From Auanema rhodensis (lineage: Eukaryota; Animalia; Nematoda), in NCBI GenBank assembly GCA_964057225.1, contig OZ059895.1, positions 4,650,001-4,714,000 of the forward strand: a stretch of 64,000 bases of DNA, in the 5' to 3' direction. Under the pieces are notes generated by a model that had not been told where the DNA came from, ran no database searches, and saw only the letters and a list, made by a program, of their open reading frames with translations. Made by a program: the position numbers and the translations under genes. Shown one piece after another: positions 1 through 10,176 of this stretch. Position 1 is the stretch's first letter; each line of letters opens with the position of its first letter.

Positions 1-234
1 AGGCAAAGACGATGGACAATGTTATTCAACGAAAAAATTAATTCTTCAGGGTGAAAATCGAGGATATAAGTGTGAACATATATCAGTTGATATCTCGGTG
101 CATTTTCAAGCTAGCGAAATCTGATAACACAGATCGACGCAGCTTAAAAATCCGCATCGAATGCACTATACTTCATTGAGAAACGCTTAATACAAAAATT
201 AGTTATGATCGTTTGAAAAATGATGCATTAGTGT

Positions 235-262
235 ATGTTGAGTTTCCATGTACACTCAACAT
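235..262. other. Dyad 2: 9-bp inverted repeat ATGTTGAGT-N10-ACTCAACAT, present in each monomer
   Basis: Arms 235-243 and 254-262 are exact reverse complements, with loop TTCCATGTAC. Confidence 0.9.
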
Positions 263-275
263 TGCTTCCAAAAAC

Positions 276-310
276 ATTTTGACAAAAATTTTTTCGAAAA
301 ATTTCAAAAT
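276..310. other. Dyad 3: AT-rich imperfect palindrome centred on the perfect 12-bp TTTTTCGAAAAA (290-301), outer arms ATTTTGA/TCAAAAT
   Basis: Read directly from monomer 1 and repeated in nearly every monomer. Confidence 0.85.
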
Positions 311-701
311 AATTTAGCAAAAAGTAGATGTTTTTAGATTCCTTTTTTCAAGGCAAAGATGATGGACAATGTTATTCAACGAAAAAATTGATTCTTCAGG
401 GTGAAAATCGAGGATATAAGTGTGAACATATATCAGTTGATATCTCGGTGCATTTACAAGCTAGCGCAAATCTGATAACACAGATCGACGCAGCTTAAAA
501 ATCCGCATCGAATGCACTATACTTCATTGAGAAACGCTTAATACAAAAATTAGTTATGATCGTTTGAAAAATGATGCATTAGTGTATGTTGAGTTTCCAT
601 GTACACTCAACATTGCTTCCAAAAACATTTTGACAAAAATTTTTTCGAAACATTTCAAAATAATTTAGCAAAAAGGAGATGTTTTTCGATTCCTTTTTTC
701 A

Positions 702-1052
702 AGGCAAAGACGATGGACAATGTTATTCAACGAAAAAATTAATTCTTCAGGGTGAAAATCGAGGATATAAGTGTGAACTTATATCAGTTGATATCTCGGT
801 GCATTTTCAAGCTAGCGCAAATCTGATAACACAGATCGACGCAGCTTAAAAATCCGCATCGAATGCACTATACTTCATTGAGAAACGCTTAATACAAAAA
901 TTAGTTATGATCGTTTGAAAAATGATGCATTAGTGTATGTTGAGTTTCCATGTACACTCAACATTGCTTCCAAAAACATTTTGACAAAAATTTTTTCGAA
1001 AAATTTCAAAATAATTTAGCAAAAAGTAGATGTTTTTAGATTCCTTTTTTCA
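702..1052. repeat. Representative consensus-like 351-bp monomer
   Basis: Appears identical to monomers at 1053, 1404, 28772, 32279, 40343, 45602, 57873 and 63132. About 31% GC (110/350 counted in monomer 1). Carries EcoRV (GATATC), NheI (GCTAGC), NsiI (ATGCAT), BsrGI (TGTACA) and BstBI (TTCGAA) sites. Confidence 0.97.
764..785. other. Dyad 1: 9-bp inverted repeat GATATAAGT-gtga-ACTTATATC (monomer pos 63-84); perfect only in T78 monomers
   Basis: Arms are exact reverse complements. The common A78 allele (AACATATATC) introduces a mismatch. Confidence 0.9.
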
Positions 1053-4000
1053 AGGCAAAGACGATGGACAATGTTATTCAACGAAAAAATTAATTCTTCA
1101 GGGTGAAAATCGAGGATATAAGTGTGAACTTATATCAGTTGATATCTCGGTGCATTTTCAAGCTAGCGCAAATCTGATAACACAGATCGACGCAGCTTAA
1201 AAATCCGCATCGAATGCACTATACTTCATTGAGAAACGCTTAATACAAAAATTAGTTATGATCGTTTGAAAAATGATGCATTAGTGTATGTTGAGTTTCC
1301 ATGTACACTCAACATTGCTTCCAAAAACATTTTGACAAAAATTTTTTCGAAAAATTTCAAAATAATTTAGCAAAAAGTAGATGTTTTTAGATTCCTTTTT
1401 TCAAGGCAAAGACGATGGACAATGTTATTCAACGAAAAAATTAATTCTTCAGGGTGAAAATCGAGGATATAAGTGTGAACTTATATCAGTTGATATCTCG
1501 GTGCATTTTCAAGCTAGCGCAAATCTGATAACACAGATCGACGCAGCTTAAAAATCCGCATCGAATGCACTATACTTCATTGAGAAACGCTTAATACAAA
1601 AATTAGTTATGATCGTTTGAAAAATGATGCATTAGTGTATGTTGAGTTTCCATGTACACTCAACATTGCTTCCAAAAACATTTTGACAAAAATTTTTTCG
1701 AAAAATTTCAAAATAATTTAGCAAAAAGTAGATGTTTTTAGATTCCTTTTTTCAAGGCAAAGACGATGGACAATGTTATTCAACGAAAAAATTAATTCTT
1801 CAGGGTGAAAATCGAGGATATAAGTGTGAACTTATATCAGTTGATATCTCGGTGCATTTTCAAGCTAGCGCAAATCTGATAACACAGATCGACGCAGCTT
1901 AAAAATCCGCATCGAATGCACTATACTTCATTGAGAAACGCTTAATACAAAAATTAGTTATGATCGTTTGAAAAATGATGCATTAGTGTATGTTGAGTTT
2001 CCATGTACACTCAACATTGCTTCCAAAAACATTTTGACAAAAATTTTTTCGAAAAATTTCAAAATAATTTAGCAAAGAGTAGATGTTTTTAGATTCCTTT
2101 TTTCAAGGCAAAGATGATGGACAATGTTATTCAACGAAAAAATTAATTCTTCAGGGTGAAAATCGAGGATATAAGTGTGAACATATATCAGTTGATATCT
2201 CGGTGCATTTTCAAGCTAGCGAAATCTGATAACACAGATCGACGCAGCTTAAAAATCCGCATCGAATGCACTATACTTCATTGAGAAACGCTTAATACAA
2301 AAATTAGTTATGATCGTTTGAAAAATGATGCATTAGTTTATGTTGAGTTTCCATGTACACTCAACATTGCTTCCAAAAACATTTTGACAAAAATTTTTTC
2401 GAAAAATTTCAAAATAATTTAGCGAAAAGTAGATGTTTTTAGATTCCTTTTTTCAAGGCAAAGATGATGGACAATGTTATTCAACGAAAAAATTAATTCT
2501 TCAGGGTGAAAATCGAGGATATAAGTGTGAACATATATCAGTTGATATCTCGGTGCATTTTCAAGCTAGCGCAAATCTGATAACACAGATCGACGCAGCT
2601 TAAAAATCCGCATCGAATGCACTATACTTCATTGAGAAACGCTTAATACAAAAATTAGTTATGATCGTTTGAAAAATGATGCATTAGTGTATGTTGAGTT
2701 TCCATGTACACTCAACATTGCTTCCAAAAACATTTTGACAAAAATTTTTTCGAAAAATTTCAAAATAATTTAGCAAAAAGTAGATGTTTTTAGATTCCTT
2801 TTTTCAAGGCAAAGACGATGGACAATGTTATTCAACGAAAAAATTAATTCTTCAGGGTGAAAATCGAGGATATAAGTGTGAACTTATATCAGTTGATATC
2901 TCGGTGCATTTTCAAGCTAGCGCAAATCTGATAACACAGATCGACGCAGCTTAAAAATCCGCATCGAATGCACTATACTTCATTGAGAAACGCTTAATAC
3001 AAAAATTAGTTATGATCGTTTGAAAAATGATGCATTAGTGTATGTTGAGTTTCCATGTACACTCAACATTGCTTCCAAAAACATTTTGACAAAAATTTTT
3101 TCGAAAAATTTCAAAATAATTTAGCAAAAAGTAGATGTTTTTGGATTCCTTTTTTCAAGGCAAAGACGATGGACAATGTTATTCAACGAAAAAATTAATT
3201 CTTCAGGGTGAAAATCGAGGATATAAGTGTGAACTTATATCAGTTGATATCTCGGTGCATTTTCAAGCTAGCGCAAATCTGATAACACAGATCGACGCAG
3301 CTTAAAAATCCGCATCGAATGCACTATACTTCATTGAGAAACGCTTAATACAAAAATTAGTTATGATCGTTTGAAAAATGATGCATTAGTGTATGTTGAG
3401 TTTCCATGTACACTCAACATTGCTTCCAAAAACATTTTGACAAAAATTTTTTCGAAAAATTTCAAAATAATTTAGCAAAGAGTAGATGTTTTTAGATTCC
3501 TTTTTTCAAGGCAAAGATGATGGACAATGTTATTCAACGAAAAAATTAATTCTTCAGGGTGAAAATCGAGGATATAAGTGTGAACATATATCAGTTGATA
3601 TCTCGGTGCATTTTCAAGCTAGCGAAATCTGATAACACAGATCGACGCAGCTTAAAAATCCGCATCGAATGCACTATACTTCATTGAGAAACGCTTAATA
3701 CAAAAATTAGTTATGATCGTTTGAAAAATGATGCATTAGTTTATGTTGAGTTTCCATGTACACTCAACATTGCTTCCAAAAACATTTTGACAAAAATTTT
3801 TTCGAAAAATTTCAAAATAATTTAGCGAAAAGTAGATGTTTTTAGATTCCTTTTTTCAAGGCAAAGATGATGGACAATGTTATTCAACGAAAAAATTAAT
3901 TCTTCAGGGTGAAAATCGAGGATATAAGTGTGAACATATATCAGTTGATATCTCGGTGCATTTTCAAGCTAGCGCAAATCTGATAACACAGATCGACGCA

Positions 4001-4560
4001 GCTTAAAAATCCGCATCGAATGCACTATACTTCATTGAGAAACGCTTAATACAAAAATTAGTTATGATCGTTTGAAAAATGATGCATTAGTGTATGTTGA
4101 GTTTCCATGTACACTCAACATTGCTTCCAAAAACATTTTGACAAAAATTTTTTCGAAAAATTTCAAAATAATTTAGCGAAAAGTAGATGTTTTTAGATTC
4201 CTTTTTTCAAGGCAAAGATGATGGACAATGTTATTCAACGAAAAAATTAATTCTTCAGGGTGAAAATCGAGGATATAAGTGTGAACATATATCAGTTGAT
4301 ATCTCGGTGCATTTTCAAGCTAGCGCAAATCTGATAACACAGATCGACGCAGCTTAAAAATCCGCATCGAATGCACTATACTTCATTGAGAAACGCTTAA
4401 TACAAAAATTAGTTATGATCGTTTGAAAAATGATGCATTAGTGTATGTTGAGTTTCCATGTACACTCAACATTGCTTCCAAAAACATTTTGACAAAAATT
4501 TTTTCGAAAAATTTCAAAATAATTTAGCAAAAAGTAGATGTTTTTAGATTCCTTTTTTCA

Positions 4561-6662
4561 AGGCAAAGACGATGGACAATGTTATTCAACGAAAAAATTA
4601 ATTCTTCAGGGTGAAAATCGAGGATATAAGTGTGAACATATATCAGTTGATATCTCGGTGCATTTTCAAGCTAGCGAAATCTGATAACACAGATCGACGC
4701 AGCTTAAAAATCCGCATCGAATGCACTATACTTCATTGAGAAACGCTTAATACAAAAATTAGTTATGATCGTTTGAAAAATGATGCATTAGTGTATGTTG
4801 AGTTTCCATGTACACTCAACATTGCTTCCAAAAACATTTTGACAAAAATTTTTTCGAAAAATTTCAAAATAATTTAGCGAAAAGTAGATGTTTTTAGATT
4901 CCTTTTTTCAAGGCAAAGATGATGGACAATGTTATTCAACGAAAAAATTAATTCTTCAGGGTGAAAATCGAGGATATAAGTGTGAACATATATCAGTTGA
5001 TATCTCGGTGCATTTTCAAGCTAGCGCAAATCTGATAACACAGATCGACGCAGCTTAAAAATCCGCATCGAATGCACTATACTTCATTGAGAAACGCTTA
5101 ATACAAAAATTAGTTATGATCGTTTGAAAAATGATGCATTAGTGTATGTTGAGTTTCCATGTACACTCAACATTGCTTCCAAAAACATTTTGACAAAAAT
5201 TTTTTCGAAAAATTTCAAAATAATTTAGCAAAAAGTAGATGTTTTTAGATTCCTTTTTTCAAGGCAAAGACGATGGACAATGTTATTCAACGAAAAAATT
5301 AATTCTTCAGGGTGAAAATCGAGGATATAAGTGTGAACATATATCAGTTGATATCTCGGTGCATTTTCAAGCTAGCGAAATCTGATAACACAGATCGACG
5401 CAGCTTAAAAATCCGCATCGAATGCACTATACTTCATTGAGAAACGCTTAATACAAAAATTAGTTATGATCGTTTGAAAAATGATGCATTAGTGTATGTT
5501 GAGTTTCCATGTACACTCAACATTGCTTCCAAAAACATTTTGACAAAAATTTTTTCGAAAAATTTCAAAATAATTTAGCAAAAAGTAGATGTTTTTAGAT
5601 TCCTTTTTTCAAGGCAAAGACGATGGACAATGTTATTCAACGAAAAAATTAATTCTTCAGGGTGAAAATCGAGGATATAAGTGTGAACATATATCAGTTG
5701 ATATCTCGGTGCATTTTCAAGCTAGCGAAATCTGATAACACAGATCGACGCAGCTTAAAAATCCGCATCGAATGCACTATACTTCATTGAGAAACGCTTA
5801 ATACAAAAATTAGTTATGATCGTTTGAAAAATGATGCATTAGTGTATGTTGAGTTTCCATGTACACTCAACATTGCTTCCAAAAACATTTTGACAAAAAT
5901 TTTTTCGAAAAATTTCAAAATAATTTAGCGAAAAGTAGATGTTTTTAGATTCCTTTTTTCAAGGCAAAGATGATGGACAATGTTATTCAACGAAAAAATT
6001 AATTCTTCAGGGTGAAAATCGAGGATATAAGTGTGAACATATATCAGTTGATATCTCGGTGCATTTTCAAGCTAGCGCAAATCTGATAACACAGATCGAC
6101 GCAGCTTAAAAATCCGCATCGAATGCACTATACTTCATTGAGAAACGCTTAATACAAAAATTAGTTATGATCGTTTGAAAAATGATGCATTAGTGTATGT
6201 TGAGTTTCCATGTACACTCAACATTGCTTCCAAAAACATTTTGACAAAAATTTTTTCGAAAAATTTCAAAATAATTTAGCAAAAAGTAGATGTTTTTAGA
6301 TTCCTTTTTTCAAGGCAAAGACGATGGACAATGTTATTCAACGAAAAAATTAATTCTTCAGGGTGAAAATCGAGGATATAAGTGTGAACATATATCAGTT
6401 GATATCTCGGTGCATTTTCAAGCTAGCGAAATCTGATAACACAGATCGACGCAGCTTAAAAATCCGCATCGAATGCACTATACTTCATTGAGAAACGCTT
6501 AATACAAAAATTAGTTATGATCGTTTGAAAAATGATGCATTAGTGTATGTTGAGTTTCCATGTACACTCAACATTGCTTCCAAAAACATTTTGACAAAAA
6601 TTTTTTCGAAAAATTTCAAAATAATTTAGCAAAAAGTAGATGTTTTTAGATTCCTTTTTTCA
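4561..6662. repeat. Local 3-mer higher-order duplication (2 x 1051 bp)
   Basis: Monomers at 4561/4911/5262 have the same variant strings as 5612/5962/6313 (del117+G320; T10; del117). Confidence 0.8.
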
Positions 6663-9600
6663 AGACAAAGATGATGGACAATGTTATTCAACGAAAAAAT
6701 TAATTCTTCAGGGTGAAAATCGAGGATATAAGTGTGAACATATATCAGTTGATATCTCGGTGCATTTACAAGCTAGCGCAAATCTGATAACACAGATCGA
6801 CGCAGCTTAAAAATCCGCATCGAATGCACTATACTTCATTGAGAAACGCTTAATACAAAAATTAGTTATGATCGTTTGAAAAATGATGCATTAGTGTATG
6901 TTGAGTTTCCATGTACACTCAACATTGCTTCCAAAAACATTTTGACAAAAATTTTTTCGAAAAATTTCAAAATAATTTAGCAAAAAGTAGATGTTTTTAG
7001 ATTCCTTTTTTCAAGGCAAAGACGATGGACAATGTTATTCAACGAAAAAATTAATTCTTCAGGGTGAAAATCGAGGATATAAGTGTGAACTTATATCAGT
7101 TGATATCTCGGTGCATTTTCAAGCTAGCGCAAATCTGATAACACAGATCGACGCAGCTTAAAAATCCGCATCGAATGCACTATACTTCATTGAGAAACGC
7201 TTAATACAAAAATTAGTTATGATCGTTTGAAAAATGATGCATTAGTTTATGTTGAGTTTCCATGTACACTCAACATTGCTTCCAAAAACATTTTGACAAA
7301 AATTTTTTCGAAAAATTTCAAAATAATTTAGCGAAAAGTAGATGTTTTTAGATTCCTTTTTTCAAGGCAAAGATGATGGACAATGTTATTCAACGAAAAA
7401 ATTAAAATTAATTCTTCAGGGTGAAAATCGAGGATATAAGTGTGAACATATATCAGTTGATATCTCGGTGCATTTTCAAGCTAGCGCAAATCTGATAACA
7501 CAGATCGACGCAGCTTAAAAATCCGCATCGAATGCACTATACTTCATTGAGAAACGCTTAATACAAAAATTAGTTATGATCGTTTGAAAAATGATTTATT
7601 AGTGTATGTTGAGTTTCCATGTACACTCAACATTGCTTCCAAAAACATTTTGACAAAAATTTTTTCGAAAAATTTCAAAATAATTTAGCAAAAAGTAGAT
7701 GTTTTTAGATTCCTTTTTTCAAGGCAAAGATGATGGACAATGTTATTCAACGAAAAAATCAATTCTTCAGGGTGAAAATCGAGGATATAAGTGTGAACTT
7801 ATATCAGTTGATATCTCGGTGCATTTTTAAGCTAGCGCAAATCTGATAACACAGATCGACGCAGCTTAAAAATCCGCATCGAATGCACTATACTTCATTG
7901 AGAAACGCTTAATACAAAAATAAGTTATGATCGTTTGAAAAATGATGCATTAGTGTATGTTGAGTTTCCATGTACACTCAACATTGCTTCCAAAAACATT
8001 TTGACAAAAATTTTTTCGAAAAATTTCAAAATAATTTAGCAAAAAGTAGATGTTTTTACATTCCTTTTTTCAAGGCAAAGACGATGGACAATGTTATTCA
8101 ACGAAAAAATTAATTCTTCAGGGTGAAAATCGAGGATATAAGTGTGAACTTATATCAGTTGATATCTCGGTGCATTTTCAAGCTAGCGAAATCTGATAAC
8201 ACAGATCGACGCAGCTTAAAAATCCGCATCGAATGCACTATACTTCATTGAGAAACGCTTAATACAAAAATTAGTTATGATCGTTTGAAAAATGATGCAT
8301 TAGTGTATGTTGAGTTTCCATGTACACTCAACATTGCTTCCAAAAACATTTTGACAAAAATTTTTTCAAAAAATTTCAAAATAATTTAGCGAAAAGTAGA
8401 TGTTTTTAGATTCCTTTTTTCAAGGCAAAGATGATGGACAATGTTATTCAACGAAAAAATTAATTCTTCAGGGTGAAAATCGAGGATATAAGTGTGAACA
8501 TATATCAGTTGATATCTCGGTGCATTTACAAGCTAGCGCAAATCTGATAACACAGATCGACGCAGCTTAAAAATCCGCATCGAATGCACTATACTTCATT
8601 GAGAAACGCTTAATACAAAAATTAGTTATGATCGTTTGAAAAATGATGCATTAGTGTATGTTGAGTTTCCATGTACACTCAACATTGCTTCCAAAAACAT
8701 TTTGACAAAAATTTTTTCAAAAAATTTCAAAATAATTTAGCGAAAAGTAGATGTTTTTAGATTCCTTTTTTCAAGGCAAAGATGATGGACAATGTTATTC
8801 AACGAAAAAATTAATTCTTCAGGGTGAAAATCGAGGATATAAGTGTGAACTTATATCAGTTGATATCTCGGTGCATTTTCAAGCTAGCGCAAATCTGATA
8901 ACACAGATCGACGCAGCTTAAAAATCCGCATCGAATGCACTATACTTCATTGAGAAACGCTTAATACAAAAATTAGTTATGATCGTTTGAAAAATGATGC
9001 ATTAGTGTATGTTGAGTTTCCATGTACACTCAACATTGCTTCCAAAAACATTTTGACAAAAATTTTTTCGAAAAATTTCAAAATAATTTAGCAAAGAGTA
9101 GATGTTTTTAGATTCCTTTTTTCAAGGCAAAGATGATGGACAATGTTATTCAACGAAAAAATTAATTCTTCAGGGTGAAAATAGAGGATATAAGTGTGAA
9201 CTTATATCAGTTGATATCTCGGTGCATTTTCAAGCTAGCGCAAATCTGATAACAAAGATCGACGCAGCTTAAAAATCCGCATCGAATGCACTATACTTCA
9301 TTGAGAAACGCTTAATACAAAAATTAGTTATGATCGTTTGAAAAATGATGCATTAGTGTATGTTGAGTTTCCATGTACACTCAACATTGCTTCCAAAAAC
9401 ATTTTGACAAAAATTTTTTCGAAAAATTTCAAAATAATTTAGCAAAAAGTAGATGTTTTTAGATTCCTTTTTTCAAGGCAAAGACGATGGACAATGTTAT
9501 TCAACGAAAAAATTAATTCTTCAGGGTGAAAATCGAGGATATAAGTGTGAACTTATATCAGTTGATATCTCGGTGCATTTTCAAGCTAGCGAAATCTGAT

Positions 9601-10176
9601 AACACAGATCGACGCAGCTTAAAAATCCGCATCGAATGCACTATACTTCATTGAGAAACGCTTAATACAAAAATTAGTTATGATCGTTTGAAAAATGATG
9701 CATTAGTGTATGTTGAGTTTCCATGTACACTCAACATTGCTTCCAAAAACATTTTGACAAAAATTTTTTCGAAAAATTTCAAAATAATTTAGCGAAAAGT
9801 AGATGTTTTTAGATTCCTTTTTTCAAGGCAAAGATGATGGACAATGTTATTCAACGAAAAAATTAATTCTTCAGGGTGAAAATCGAGGATATAAGTGTGA
9901 ACATATATCAGTTGATATCTCGGTGCATTTACAAGCTAGCGCAAATCTGATAACACAGATCGACGCAGCTTAAAAATCCGCATCGAATGCACTATACTTC
10001 ATTGAGAAACGCTTAATACAAAAATTAGTTATGATCGTTTGAAAAATGATGCATTAGTGTATGTTGAGTTTCCATGTACACTCAACATTGCTTCCAAAAA
10101 CATTTTGACAAAAATTTTTTCGAAAAATTTCAAAATAATTTAGCGAAAAGTAGATGTTTTTAGATTCCTTTTTTCA

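Noticed and set aside
292-308. CENP-B box-like TTCGAAAAA
   Set aside because: Matches only TTCG and the central A of TTCGNNNNANNCGGG; the CGGG is absent.
279-315. TTGACA followed by AAAAT/TAAT resembling a sigma70 promoter
   Set aside because: No proper -10 at 16-18 bp spacing and no downstream gene. Expected by chance in AT-rich satellite.
1-350. 5S rRNA, tRNA or snRNA tandem gene unit
   Set aside because: No recognisable 5S, tRNA cloverleaf, A/B box or spliced-leader sequence on either strand.
1-350. Identity with Drosophila 1.688 (353-359 bp) satellite
   Set aside because: Similar length and AT content, but the sequence does not match the 359-bp consensus as I recall it. A database search is needed for family assignment.
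702-1052. 351 bp = 117 codons, so a possible tandem-repeat protein gene
   Set aside because: Frequent stop codons on both strands within each monomer, and frequent 1-bp deletions shift the frame between monomers.
7730-7847. Short ORF (MMDNVIQRKNQFFRVKIEDISVN..., ~39 aa) opened by the C39 allele removing a TAA
   Set aside because: Chance-length ORF present in a minority of monomers, with no recognisable similarity or expression signals.
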